From Ignavibacteriota bacterium (GTDB lineage Bacteria; Bacteroidota; Ignavibacteria; UBA10030), in contig PMML01000029.1 of assembly GCA_003162695.1 (NCBI GenBank), positions 9,613 to 72,586 on the forward strand: a stretch of 62,974 nucleotides of DNA. The letters run 5' to 3'. Positions within the stretch are counted from its first letter, which is position 1. Each line of letters begins with the position of its first letter. The notes beneath the pieces are model-generated. The model was given only the letters and a program-made list of their open reading frames with translations. It had not been told where the DNA came from and searched no databases. A program made the translations under genes and the position numbers. Shown piece after piece: positions 46,424-56,344 of this stretch.

Positions 46424-48196
46424 ATGCCGAAAATCACGACACAGCGATATTATGTTTGGACTCTGGTCCTGGGTGTTTTTCTCTCCTGCAGCGCCTGGGC
46501 ACAAGAAGACTCCATAAAAGAAATTCATTTCAAAAATGCAAGCAAAGAGTATCACTATGGAATTCCGTTCCTATACCTGCAAGGAACAGATTACGAAGCC
46601 GGACTGCAATACGGAAATCTTTTAAAAGTCGAGCTTAATGCAATGCACGAGGATTTTGAGAAATTCAAAGAACAGATGATGGAAAACGAGATATGCTATC
46701 TGCCCTGGTACAAAAGAATAATCGCCAATCTCTTCGGCGGAATGGTATGGAAACACAAAATAAATACCTACGCCGACAGACTCCCCCCTGATATCGAAGA
46801 TCAAATTCGGGGAGCTGCAGAAGGTTCAGGTCTGCCGGAATCCTTCTTTCGGGAAATTCAGGTCGTCGTTGACATGTATTCGAATCGCTGCGAGGCAATT
46901 GTGATAACAAAGGGCTCCCATATGTATCACTGTCATAATCTCGATCAGCCGATGCCCCTTAGTCTGATTTCAAAGTATCCGGTCGTAGTAAATTACGCTA
47001 TAAAAGGGAAGCAAAAGTATACAGATTTTGGCTTTGCCGCCTGTCTGATGATTACCACTGCATTCAACGAATCCGGAATATCGTTATCCGAAAACGGCAA
47101 TAATAATCCGGCTGAATTCGACAAGAATAACTGCAGTCTCTATTCGGAAAAAAGTAAATTAATCACCGAAACGCACAATCTTAAAGAAGTCGATTCGATT
47201 GTTCAAACCCTCAAATTTCCGCTGGGTTTAATCTTTACGATTTCAAGCAGCAACGAGAAGCAGGCTGTTGTATATGATTTTCTTGGCTCGATGAAAGCGT
47301 CAACTCCCGTTCACAACTATCAATTTGTTGCGAACAGAACCGTCTCGAAAGATTTGGGCAAAAAGAGTGAGACAATTTACTCCGGCCAATTTCACGACAT
47401 TTGCAGAGAGATCAAATTTGCCGAGTTGATAGATACCACCAAATCAAATATGGTGGACGAAGCCATCAGCATTCTCAGCAATACCGATTTTTATCATTAC
47501 ACCGATTCAATGCCTGTTTATCTTGAATCTCTTCATAACTATGAGACCGATCAATCCGTTATTTTCGATCTGGCAGATTCGACAATATATTTTACCTATT
47601 ATGCCCATTTTGCCGCATGGAATCGATGGCTGAAGTATAATTACATTACACGCGAAGTGAGCGTCTCGAGAGAAGCCGATCCGCGATTAAACGATCCTTT
47701 TCTTATAAAGCTGAATGAACTATATGGAAAAACCGAGACGTGTGATTGGCGGAACAGTTCCGGGGTTCGATCCCTGGTAACTACACTCTGCAATTCACGG
47801 ATTGAGAATTACTTCAGCCTCGATTTTTTGGCCTGGACATATCGCGATTATTATAAACTTCCGGTCGAATCGATGCAATATGCGGATAAGCTCATTGAAA
47901 AATACCCGGATATCATAACCGGTTATTACAACAAAGGGCGGGATCTTGAAGCGGAGAAAAACTATCGTGAGGCGATTGTTGAATATATGCGCGCGCTTGA
48001 AAGCAAAATCCAATGCGAATACTATCTGGCGGAAACGGACGAACACCTTGCTCTGCTCTATTCTTTCTTTGGCCAAAAGGAAGCCGCAGCAGGATATGCA
48101 GCAAAAGCGCTTGACATCCAGTCGCAGTACTGGATACCGGAATATTTGAAAGAAAGAATTCTGAAACTCGAAGCAATAAAAAACAAGACAGACTAA
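46424..48196 (+). CDS. Secreted Ntn-hydrolase (peptidase C45 / NAAA-acid ceramidase-like) with C-terminal TPR-like repeats
   Basis: Signal peptide (SAWA-Q), LQGTDYEAGLQYG, IRGAAEGSG, nucleophile motif R-C156-EAIV...YHCHNLD, TAFNESGISLSEN, and a helical TPR-like tail (GYYNKG...YREAIVEYMRAL). Confidence 0.75.
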   Translation: MPKITTQRYYVWTLVLGVFLSCSAWAQEDSIKEIHFKNASKEYHYGIPFLYLQGTDYEAGLQYGNLLKVELNAMHEDFEKFKEQMMENEICYLPWYKRIIANLFGGMVWKHKINTYADRLPPDIEDQIRGAAEGSGLPESFFREIQVVVDMYSNRCEAIVITKGSHMYHCHNLDQPMPLSLISKYPVVVNYAIKGKQKYTDFGFAACLMITTAFNESGISLSENGNNNPAEFDKNNCSLYSEKSKLITETHNLKEVDSIVQTLKFPLGLIFTISSSNEKQAVVYDFLGSMKASTPVHNYQFVANRTVSKDLGKKSETIYSGQFHDICREIKFAELIDTTKSNMVDEAISILSNTDFYHYTDSMPVYLESLHNYETDQSVIFDLADSTIYFTYYAHFAAWNRWLKYNYITREVSVSREADPRLNDPFLIKLNELYGKTETCDWRNSSGVRSLVTTLCNSRIENYFSLDFLAWTYRDYYKLPVESMQYADKLIEKYPDIITGYYNKGRDLEAEKNYREAIVEYMRALESKIQCEYYLAETDEHLALLYSFFGQKEAAAGYAAKALDIQSQYWIPEYLKERILKLEAIKNKTD

Positions 48197-48349
48197 TAAA
48201 AATAAAACTCTTCCACATGAACAACCGGCGGAATCTTTCAGGGAATGGCCAAAGGACCCGGCTGGAGCTTGTTCTCAGTCATAGTCCTTTGCTCGATAAG
48301 AACTGCTTAACCGCCATTTTACGGGCGTAAACGGCTTGTCGATTCAACT

Positions 48350-48378
48350 TTGATTGTTCCCCCATTTTTTCGTATTTT
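48350..48378 (+). promoter_or_regulatory. Sigma70-like promoter of the kds-lpt operon
   Basis: TTGATT-N17-TATTTT. Confidence 0.5.
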
Positions 48379-48390
48379 TTGTCATTCGAT

Positions 48391-49227
48391 ATGAAAAACC
48401 TTCAAACAAAAAGTATTCAAATCGGTTCATTTTTCGTCGGAGGCGGAAACCCGCTTGTCCTTATTGCCGGACCGTGCGTGGTCGAAAACCGGGATATTGT
48501 TTTTCAAACTGCCGAAACACTCAAGGCTATTACGGATCGACTGCAGATTCCTTTTATTTTCAAGGCATCGTATAAAAAGGCAAATCGTTCAAGCGGCGAT
48601 TCTTTCATAACGCTCGGAGATGAAAAAGCTCTTGCAATTCTGGCGGATGTTAAAAAAGAATTTCTGATCCCCCTGCTGACCGATATTCATTCACCGGAAG
48701 AGGCCGCCATGGCAGCTCAAACGGTCGATGTACTTCAGATTCCTGCATTCCTCTGCCGGCAGACCGAATTACTGGAAGCAGCCGGAAAAACAGGCAAGGT
48801 CGTTAATATTAAAAAGGGGCAATTCGTAGCTCCGGAAGATATGTACCTTGCTGCAAAAAAAATTTCCGGAACCGGCAACAATGCCATTCTCCTGACCGAG
48901 CGCGGAACCACTTTCGGCTACCACAATCTGGTTGTCGATATACGCTCGCTGCCGATCATGCGCGCCTCGGGATACCCGGTTGTTCTGGATGCTACACACT
49001 CCGTGCAATTACCCGGAGGAGCGAAAACGCAGAGCGGCGGACAGCCTGAATTTATTTTTCCGATCGCACGTGCCGGAGTAGCGGCGGGATGCGATGCGCT
49101 CTTCATCGAAACACATCCCGATCCTTCCAAAGCGCTCAGCGACGCCTCCAGCCAGCTCAAACTGGATCGCGTGGAAGAGCTCCTCGTGCAGGTCAAGGCA
49201 ATCGACGAACTCTCACGAACATGGTAA
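48391..49227 (+). CDS. kdsA: KDO-8-phosphate synthase
   Basis: IAGPCVVE, KASYKKANRS, QIPAFLCRQT, KKGQF, ERG and DATHSVQ motifs. Confidence 0.96.
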   Translation: MKNLQTKSIQIGSFFVGGGNPLVLIAGPCVVENRDIVFQTAETLKAITDRLQIPFIFKASYKKANRSSGDSFITLGDEKALAILADVKKEFLIPLLTDIHSPEEAAMAAQTVDVLQIPAFLCRQTELLEAAGKTGKVVNIKKGQFVAPEDMYLAAKKISGTGNNAILLTERGTTFGYHNLVVDIRSLPIMRASGYPVVLDATHSVQLPGGAKTQSGGQPEFIFPIARAGVAAGCDALFIETHPDPSKALSDASSQLKLDRVEELLVQVKAIDELSRTW

Positions 49228-49808
49228 AACCGAAAACATCTTCTTTGAATATACGGCTCCGCCCGATCAAACTTCTTCTTCTCGATGTTGACGGCGTTAT
49301 GACCGACGGCGGAATTTATTATTTAAACAACGGCGATGAATGCAAGAAATTTAATATCCAGGACGGATACGGGATCGCAAAACTGCATCGCGCAGGACTC
49401 CGGACCGGAATTATTACGGGCCGCATTTCAAAAATCGTCGAACGCCGTGCGCAGGATCTCGGCATCGCTGAAGTACATCAGAATCTGGACGACAAGCTGA
49501 GCGTCTATGAGGCAATGAAAATAAAATATTCTTTACAGGACAAAGAGATTGCTTATATCGGAGATGATGAGTTCGATCTCCCCGTCCTTCAGCGTGTTGG
49601 ATTTTCTGCAGCCCCTGCAAACGGTATGGATCAGGTTAAAAAAAAGGTACATTACGTCTGCAAACATCGCGGAGGCGACGGAGCCGTGCGCGAAGTCATC
49701 GATATGATTATAAAAGCAGTAAATGGTAGCCGGAGGCCTAAAAATGTTATCCCGCGAGAGCGGGATTCAATTAAGAGAACAGTATATACTAATGGTGAAT
49801 GGAACTGA
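49221..49808 (+). CDS. kdsC: KDO-8-phosphate phosphatase (HAD)
   Basis: LLDVDGVMTDG, IITGR, YIGDDEFD and GGDGAVRE; start set at the ATG at 49221. Confidence 0.92.
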   Translation: MVKPKTSSLNIRLRPIKLLLLDVDGVMTDGGIYYLNNGDECKKFNIQDGYGIAKLHRAGLRTGIITGRISKIVERRAQDLGIAEVHQNLDDKLSVYEAMKIKYSLQDKEIAYIGDDEFDLPVLQRVGFSAAPANGMDQVKKKVHYVCKHRGGDGAVREVIDMIIKAVNGSRRPKNVIPRERDSIKRTVYTNGEWN

Positions 49809-50797
49809 CAACTAAAATGGATTCTTCAATTGAAAACGGAAAACTTGTTGTTCGCATCGAAGCCGAAGCTATAGCCGCGCTCGAACATCATATCGACGAT
49901 AGCTTTTCAAAAGCCGTTGAAATGCTCTTCAATGCAAAGGGCCGGATCGTCATCACAGGTATGGGAAAGTCCGGCATTATCGCGCGAAAAATTTCTGCAA
50001 CGATGAATTCAACGGGAACTCCGTCATTGTTTCTCCATCCATCGGATGCGCTCCATGGCGACCTCGGTGTCGTATCGCCGGAAGATGTCGTTATTTGCAT
50101 TTCCAAGAGCGGCGATACGGAAGAAGTAAATAAATTACTGCCCATGCTCAAACAAATAGGCGTCCGGATCATCGCTCTTCTCGGCAACGCGAATTCCATT
50201 CTTGCACGTCAGTGCGATATCGTTCTCGATACGGGAGTAAAAGAAGAAGCCTGCCCGCATGATCTTGCACCGACCTCGTCCACAACCGCGGCACTTGTCA
50301 TGGGAGATGCACTGGCAATTACGCTGCTGCAAAAACGCGATTTTACGAAAGAAGATTTTGCGTTTTTTCATCCGGGAGGCAATCTCGGAAAGCAGCTGTT
50401 CCTCAAAGTCGAATCGCTGATGATATCCGGCGGGGACATTCCGGTTGTTAAAGAATCGGTTTCACTTTCCGACGCTATTGTTGAAATTTCCTCCAAACGC
50501 CTCGGCGCTACGTGTGTTGTGAACGATAACGGTTTGCTTGCGGGCATCATTACGGACGGTGATTTACGCCGTTTGCTGCAGCATACGACGAATATCGCAA
50601 ACCTCACCGCAGGCCAGGTGATGACAAAGAATCCAAAAACGATCCAGCCTGCACTCCTTGCAGCACGTGCGCTTGCAATGATGGAGACCTACAAGATCAC
50701 GCAATTCGTGGTTCTCGGCACCGATCACAAGCCTGTCGGCATGCTGCATCTTCATGATCTGGTTGAAGCCGGACTCCATGGGGATTCAACCGTATGA
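49799..50797 (+). CDS. kdsD: Arabinose-5-phosphate isomerase (KpsF/GutQ family, SIS+CBS)
   Basis: GMGKSG, HGDLG, SKSG.T, PTSSTT and HPGG.LG motifs plus a CBS pair. Confidence 0.93.
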   Translation: MELTTKMDSSIENGKLVVRIEAEAIAALEHHIDDSFSKAVEMLFNAKGRIVITGMGKSGIIARKISATMNSTGTPSLFLHPSDALHGDLGVVSPEDVVICISKSGDTEEVNKLLPMLKQIGVRIIALLGNANSILARQCDIVLDTGVKEEACPHDLAPTSSTTAALVMGDALAITLLQKRDFTKEDFAFFHPGGNLGKQLFLKVESLMISGGDIPVVKESVSLSDAIVEISSKRLGATCVVNDNGLLAGIITDGDLRRLLQHTTNIANLTAGQVMTKNPKTIQPALLAARALAMMETYKITQFVVLGTDHKPVGMLHLHDLVEAGLHGDSTV

Positions 50798-51348
50798 TCA
50801 TCAGACGTTTCGGCAAAGTTTTTATTTTTTTTTCATTTCTTCTTCTCCTTCCCTCGTGCGAAGAAAAAATTAAACCGTCTATTCTTGCCGCAGTCGACAG
50901 CCGCACTATGCCGCAGCAGGAAAGCTGGAACAGTACTATTACGGTTTCCGATTCGGGACGAATCCGCGCCATTATCAAAGCAGGCAATCTCCGCATCTAT
51001 GATTCAACACAGCAAACCGAACTTCGTAACGGCGTCTATGTCCGGTTTTTCGGAACAACCGGACAGGAGACTTCGCATTTAACAAGCGATGAAGGCAGCG
51101 TCGATGAAAACACAAACGATCTGGAAGCAAAAAAAAATGTCCTTGTCGTTTCGAGCGATTCGTCGCACCTGCGGTCCGAGCATCTTTTCTGGAGCGACAA
51201 ACGCCAGCTTATTTTTACGCCTGATTTCGTTTCCATTACGACTCCGAAGGAAAAACTTCAAGGGCATGGATTTGAATCGGATCAAAACTTGAAACATTAT
51301 CGGATTTTCCAGGTCTCAGGCAAGGCACAATCACAATGGAACCAGTAA
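50794..51348 (+). CDS. lptC: LPS export ABC transporter periplasmic protein LptC
   Basis: N-terminal anchor, beta-jellyroll-type sequence (HLRSEHLFW...GHGFESD), and context between kdsD and lptA/lptB. Confidence 0.8.
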   Translation: MIIRRFGKVFIFFSFLLLLPSCEEKIKPSILAAVDSRTMPQQESWNSTITVSDSGRIRAIIKAGNLRIYDSTQQTELRNGVYVRFFGTTGQETSHLTSDEGSVDENTNDLEAKKNVLVVSSDSSHLRSEHLFWSDKRQLIFTPDFVSITTPKEKLQGHGFESDQNLKHYRIFQVSGKAQSQWNQ

Positions 51349-52631
51349 AACAGAACCATATTCTCTCCAGGCTGGCATACATCGTGATTTTCTGCGCTCT
51401 GCCGACGATTCTTTTCGCACAACGAAGCAAAATGATCGATCTCCGCTCTGCAGACACCCTCAAGGGAAAAGTTATCAACGGCGAAGATGTTCGCGAATTG
51501 ATCGGACATGTCTATTTTGTCCAGCCGACGGAGTCCGGGGGATTGGTGCACGTATGGTGCGACAGGGCTCTTCGTTATGTCGTTCAAAACAAAGTGGAGC
51601 TTTTCGGTCATGTCAAAGTAGTCCACGACAGTTCGACATTGTTTTCGGATAAGGGTGTGTATTACGGCGACCGCCGCTACATGGAGACCTTCAGCGGCGT
51701 TCGGCTTGAACGCGGTTCGACGGTATTGACATCGAGAATCGGCAAATATTACATGGATGAAAAACATTCCGAATTTATAGAGAATGTTGTCCTCATCGAT
51801 TCGAGTTCGATCATTACCTGCCGCGACCTGCATTACTTTGAGGAAGCCCGTCAATCCATTGCGCTCGATTCAGCACACGTCATCGACAAAACCAACGGGA
51901 CGAATCTTTACGGAGACTCGATCGTACATTCCGAAATAACACAATTTACATCCGCTGCCAAGCATCCGCGCCTCGTCCAGTTTGATACTTCCGGAAGCGG
52001 CATTATTGATACGACAGTCATAACTGCCGTTCTTTTTCACTCCTATAAAGATTCTCTCGAACGCATTATCGCCTACGACAATGTTCAAATGATTCGAGCC
52101 GATATGGCTTCCCGGTGCGAACAAGCAACGTTTCTGGTCAAACAGGACAGCATTATTCTCCACCAGCGGCCGGTCATCTGGAGCAGCGAGAATCAAATCA
52201 CCGGCGATTCAATCTTTATCCGAATGCAGAATAAAAAATTGCATCGGCTCTATGTCCACGGACATGCAATGGCCATATCGCCGGCAGACTCGCTGCATCC
52301 TGCACGGTTCAATCAATTGACCGGCCGGCAATTGATTATGTACTTCTTTGCAAATAAAATACAACAGGTCGATGTGATTCGAAACGCGACAAGTTTTTAT
52401 TATATCTTTGATAAGAAGGATCCGAACGGCGCCAATAAATCAAGCGGCGATAAGATACACATTTATTTTAAGGATGGGGAAATTGACCGCATTAAAGTCG
52501 TCAGAGATGTGGAAGGTCAATATTTTCCGGAAAAAATGCTGAATAAACGGGAATCGGAGTATAACCTGGACGGCTTCCGGCTTCTGGAAAATAAACCGAA
52601 ACGTACAGGTATCAAAATTGTGAGCCAATGA
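51336..52631 (+). CDS. OstA/LptA-like multi-repeat LPS transport protein
   Basis: Signal peptide, repeated OstA-like beta-strand units, and position between lptC and lptB. Confidence 0.75.
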   Translation: MEPVKQNHILSRLAYIVIFCALPTILFAQRSKMIDLRSADTLKGKVINGEDVRELIGHVYFVQPTESGGLVHVWCDRALRYVVQNKVELFGHVKVVHDSSTLFSDKGVYYGDRRYMETFSGVRLERGSTVLTSRIGKYYMDEKHSEFIENVVLIDSSSIITCRDLHYFEEARQSIALDSAHVIDKTNGTNLYGDSIVHSEITQFTSAAKHPRLVQFDTSGSGIIDTTVITAVLFHSYKDSLERIIAYDNVQMIRADMASRCEQATFLVKQDSIILHQRPVIWSSENQITGDSIFIRMQNKKLHRLYVHGHAMAISPADSLHPARFNQLTGRQLIMYFFANKIQQVDVIRNATSFYYIFDKKDPNGANKSSGDKIHIYFKDGEIDRIKVVRDVEGQYFPEKMLNKRESEYNLDGFRLLENKPKRTGIKIVSQ

Positions 52632-53431
52632 CATTCATGACTAATGAAGAACAAAAATCATCATCCGAACAATTTTCCTCCATCGATGCGGCGGCGCACT
52701 TAGTACTGCGTTCCGAGTCGCTCGTAAAGCGGTATAAAAAACGCGTTGTGGTAAATGATGTCAGCATCGATGTCCGGCAGGGAGAAATCGTGGGCCTGCT
52801 CGGTCCGAACGGAGCCGGCAAAACGACAACGTTCTATATGATCGTCGGAATGATTCGCCCCAATAGCGGAAAGGCTTTTCTTGAAGAGAAGGAAATTACA
52901 ACACTGCCGATGTACAAAAGAGCCAGGCTCGGCATTGGTTATTTACCGCAGGAAGCTTCTGTGTTTCGCAGACTTTCCGTCCACGACAACATTCTGGCCG
53001 TTCTTCAAACTACTTCTCTCTCCAAAAAAGAACAGGAAGAAAAATGCATGCGGCTTTTAGACGAATTCGGACTACTTCAAGTTCAAAAAAGCCCCGGCTA
53101 CGTGCTCTCCGGCGGAGAACGACGGAGGACCGAAATTGCCCGTTCGCTGGCTCTGGATCCGAAATTCATGCTCTTAGATGAACCCTTTGCCGGTATCGAT
53201 CCGATTGCCGTTGAAGATATTATGCATATCGTTAAAAGATTGAAAGATAAAAATATCGGCATTCTTATTACGGATCATAATGTGCACGAGACTCTGTCTA
53301 TTACCGACCGGTCTTATCTCCTCTTCGAAGGGAAAATATTAAAGTCCGGGACAGCCGAATCCCTTGCAAATGATCCGGAAGCTCGTAGATTATATCTTGG
53401 AGAGAATTTTAAGCTCGACCGGTACGAATAA
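52628..53431 (+). CDS. lptB: LPS export ABC transporter ATP-binding protein
   Basis: [38 protein letters not shown] and ITDHNV motifs. Confidence 0.96.
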   Translation: MTFMTNEEQKSSSEQFSSIDAAAHLVLRSESLVKRYKKRVVVNDVSIDVRQGEIVGLLGPNGAGKTTTFYMIVGMIRPNSGKAFLEEKEITTLPMYKRARLGIGYLPQEASVFRRLSVHDNILAVLQTTSLSKKEQEEKCMRLLDEFGLLQVQKSPGYVLSGGERRRTEIARSLALDPKFMLLDEPFAGIDPIAVEDIMHIVKRLKDKNIGILITDHNVHETLSITDRSYLLFEGKILKSGTAESLANDPEARRLYLGENFKLDRYE

Positions 53432-53529
53432 AAAAAAGGCATTTGCATGTTCCGGAATAACGGGGACACCAAAGGCATCTATAAATTGAAAATCACACAA
53501 TCATCAATCACTTTATTGCATAAAAACTT

Positions 53530-54546
53530 ATGGTCATAGTTCTCGAAAATAACGTAACAGAAAAACAAATCGAAGATGTTATTCGTGTCCTTCAAGAGCA
53601 CGGCTTCGATATTCATCGCTCCACAGGCATTGAGCATACCGTGCTTGGTGCGATCGGCGTCCATCCGGAATACGACCACAGGCAGATAGAAGTCCTCCCG
53701 GGAGTTGCCGAGGTCATCCGCATTACGGAGCCGTTCAAGCTTGCGAGCCGCGCTTTCAAACGCGAGGGATCGGTCTACTCGGTTGGCGGAGTTGTGATTG
53801 GAGGCAATGACGTCGTTGTCATAGCTGGACCGTGTTCCGTCGAGAGTGAAAAACAAATTTTTACCATTGCGCAGAAAGTCTCAGCTTCCGGCGCAAAAAT
53901 TCTGCGCGGAGGCGCTTACAAACCGCGCACATCGCCTTACTCCTTTCAAGGAATGGGTGTGGAGGGACTCAAGCTCCTCCGGGCTGCCGCAGATGAATAC
54001 GGATTGATGGTCATTACGGAAGTCATGGACCGGAGCCAGATCGACGAGGTGGAAAAATATTGCGACATTTTGCAGATCGGCGCACGGAACATGCAGAACT
54101 TCACTTTTTTGAAAGACCTCGGAAAGGCATCAAAACCGGTCATGCTCAAACGCGGACTTGCAGCGACCATCGAAGAATGGCTGATGGCAGCGGAATATAT
54201 TCTGTCCGGCGGCAATCAACAAGTCATCCTCTGCGAGCGCGGCATCCGCACATTCGAAACGGCAACGCGCAATACAATGGACATCAGCGCGATTCCAGTC
54301 GTTAAGAAAAAAAGCCATCTGCCGATCTTCGCAGATCCGTCCCACGGGGTCGGAATCCGCGACAAGGTTATACCGATGGCGCGCGCTGCGGTCGCTGCCG
54401 GAGCGGACGGCATTATGGTGGAGGTCCATCAGGATCCGGATCATGCATTATCGGATGGTGCACAGTCGCTGTTCCCCGAGCAATTCACTCAGATGATGAA
54501 AGAAACTCGTTTGATCGCAGCTGCGATCGGACGGAGCATAGCATAG
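53530..54546 (+). CDS. aroF: DAHP synthase (type I-beta, N-terminal regulatory domain)
   Basis: [33 protein letters not shown] and DPSHG motifs. Confidence 0.94.
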   Translation: MVIVLENNVTEKQIEDVIRVLQEHGFDIHRSTGIEHTVLGAIGVHPEYDHRQIEVLPGVAEVIRITEPFKLASRAFKREGSVYSVGGVVIGGNDVVVIAGPCSVESEKQIFTIAQKVSASGAKILRGGAYKPRTSPYSFQGMGVEGLKLLRAAADEYGLMVITEVMDRSQIDEVEKYCDILQIGARNMQNFTFLKDLGKASKPVMLKRGLAATIEEWLMAAEYILSGGNQQVILCERGIRTFETATRNTMDISAIPVVKKKSHLPIFADPSHGVGIRDKVIPMARAAVAAGADGIMVEVHQDPDHALSDGAQSLFPEQFTQMMKETRLIAAAIGRSIA

Positions 54547-54549
54547 TCT

Positions 54550-55656
54550 ATGCAGCAGCGACGCTCACAACAGATTCCGTTTCGAAATATCACCATAGTC
54601 GGTGTCGGACTTATCGGCGGATCGCTTGCGCTTGCCGTTAAACAACGTTTTCCATCCGTCCTTATAACGGGAGTAGATACGGTCAAAGTCCTCCGCCGCG
54701 CAGTTCAGCGAAAAGCAATCGATGTTGCCGAACAATCTCTCCGGCGCGGCGTTTCCGGCGCCGATCTTGTTATTCTATCGACTCCGGTTAAACATATATT
54801 GCAATCGCTCCCCACAGTTGCAAAATACTGCTCAACACGAACAATAGTGACCGATACCGGAAGCGTAAAAGGCGCCATTTTAAAAAAGGCGCGGACACTC
54901 TTCCCTGCCGGGAATTTTATCGGCGGACACCCGATGACCGGAGCTGAATTTTCCGGCATCGATGCCGCTCATCCGCTTCTTTTTCAAAACGCCATCTATC
55001 TCCTCACGCCTTCCGCGGAAGAAAGCGGGCCGAACACAAAAAAGCTGGCGCAGTTTTTTTCGGCTCTCGATGCACGCGTGGTTGTTCTCGATCCGAAGAT
55101 CCATGATAAAGTTGTTGCAGCAGTCAGTCATGTGCCGCAGCTCGCAGCTGTGGCTTTGATGAACATGGCCGGAAGCAGGCACCCAAAACACCTCGGATTG
55201 GCTGCCGGCGGCTTCCGCGATATGACCCGTATTGCATCGAGCCGGTTCGATATGTGGCAGGATATTCTTCAGGCGAACAAACACGATATTGCCGAAGCAT
55301 TGGATATCTATATTTCATTGCTCCGCCGCATCGCGCGCGATATACGCACAGATCCGCAAAAGCTGAAGAACGATTTTAAATCTTCACGGCTGCTGCGGTC
55401 CCGCATCCCCCGATCCATGAAAGGTTTTCTCTCTCCGCTGGTCGGCCTGCCTGTCTTTGTCGATGACCGTCCCGGTCAGCTCGCACGGCTTACCGCACTC
55501 CTTGCAAAAGCCGGTTTGAATGTCAAAGATTTGGAGTTATTGAAAGTACGCGAAGGGCGCGGAGGAACTTTCCTGCTTTCGTTCGATAGCAGACCGTCGG
55601 CAAAGAAAGCTCAAGCTATATTACGAAAGGCAAAATTCCAGACAGGCGGTCTCTAA
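54550..55656 (+). CDS. tyrA: Prephenate dehydrogenase with a C-terminal ACT domain
   Basis: GVGLIGGS, DTGSVK, GGHPM, SHVPQL, GGFRDMTRIA and ACT motif DDRPGQLA. Confidence 0.9.
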   Translation: MQQRRSQQIPFRNITIVGVGLIGGSLALAVKQRFPSVLITGVDTVKVLRRAVQRKAIDVAEQSLRRGVSGADLVILSTPVKHILQSLPTVAKYCSTRTIVTDTGSVKGAILKKARTLFPAGNFIGGHPMTGAEFSGIDAAHPLLFQNAIYLLTPSAEESGPNTKKLAQFFSALDARVVVLDPKIHDKVVAAVSHVPQLAAVALMNMAGSRHPKHLGLAAGGFRDMTRIASSRFDMWQDILQANKHDIAEALDIYISLLRRIARDIRTDPQKLKNDFKSSRLLRSRIPRSMKGFLSPLVGLPVFVDDRPGQLARLTALLAKAGLNVKDLELLKVREGRGGTFLLSFDSRPSAKKAQAILRKAKFQTGGL

Positions 55657-55660
55657 ACGC

Positions 55661-55690
55661 AAAAGCCCCGATTATAGAATCGAGGCTTTC
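55661..55690. terminator. Probable bidirectional intrinsic terminator
   Basis: AAAGCCCCGATT-ATA-GAATCGAGGCTTT between convergent genes. Confidence 0.6.
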
Positions 55691-55708
55691 CATTCATTGT
55701 TCTCAAAT

Positions 55709-56017
55709 TTATGGATTTGTGCTTTTATCCGGAGCAGGTTTCGACTCTGTTTTTGTTTCCGGTTTTATTTCGCTTTTCTTACCTTGTTTTTTTGTATCCG
55801 TTCCCTTTGAACTCGCAGACGGCGAGGAATTCGATTTCTTATAATCTGTCTGATAAAATCCGCTTCCCTTAAAAACCAATCCGGCTCCGCTGGAAAGCAA
55901 ACGTTTTAAAGCAGGTTTCGCGCATTTCGGACACACCGTTAAAGATTTATCATGTATGGACTGCAGTTCCTCAAACTCGTAACCGCAGGACTTGCATCGA
56001 TATTCGTATGTCGGCAT
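55709..56017 (-). CDS. FmdB family zinc-ribbon protein
   Basis: MPTYEYRCKSCGYEFE...CPKC...FKGSGFYQTDY. Confidence 0.92.
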   Translation of the reverse strand: MPTYEYRCKSCGYEFEELQSIHDKSLTVCPKCAKPALKRLLSSGAGLVFKGSGFYQTDYKKSNSSPSASSKGTDTKKQGKKSEIKPETKTESKPAPDKSTNP

Positions 56018-56043
56018 AATGTCTTTGATCCTTTCGTAAATTC

Positions 56044-56072
56044 AATATACTGCCGTTTTGCGAGGAATTCAA
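56044..56072 (-). promoter_or_regulatory. Sigma70-like promoter of the FmdB gene
   Basis: Minus strand TTGAAT-N17-TATATT. Confidence 0.55.
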
Positions 56073-56309
56073 TATAAGACAATGCAATGAGATGATAGTC
56101 TGAACATATCGTCCTGCGCATACATGATATCAATTGGCGACAGAATAAATAAATGACTCATAGAAGTCGACAAACAAAAGAACCAGCGAACCTGAAGAAA
56201 ACTGCAGTTCGCTGCACGTCCGCATACACAATCTTTCGGCCGGAAACATTAAAATTGCATCATGAACATTCAAGCCTCTTCCCCGGAACTCTTTTTGTTC
56301 CCTTTCCGT

Positions 56310-56322
56310 TGTAATCATTACA
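56310..56322. promoter_or_regulatory. Palindromic operator upstream of ferritin (Fur/PerR-like)
   Basis: Perfect 6-1-6 palindrome TGTAAT-C-ATTACA just upstream of the AAGGAGG RBS. Confidence 0.45.
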
Positions 56323-56344
56323 CAGATAAAAACAAGGAGGAACT

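Noticed and set aside
47755-47780. GGGGTTCGATCCC resembling a tRNA T-arm
   Set aside because: It lies inside the Ntn-hydrolase CDS, with no acceptor stem, D-arm or CCA.
48249-48290. CAAAGGAC...GTCCTTTG hairpin after the Ntn-hydrolase
   Set aside because: It has no U-tract and no family resemblance; insufficient to call a terminator or ncRNA.
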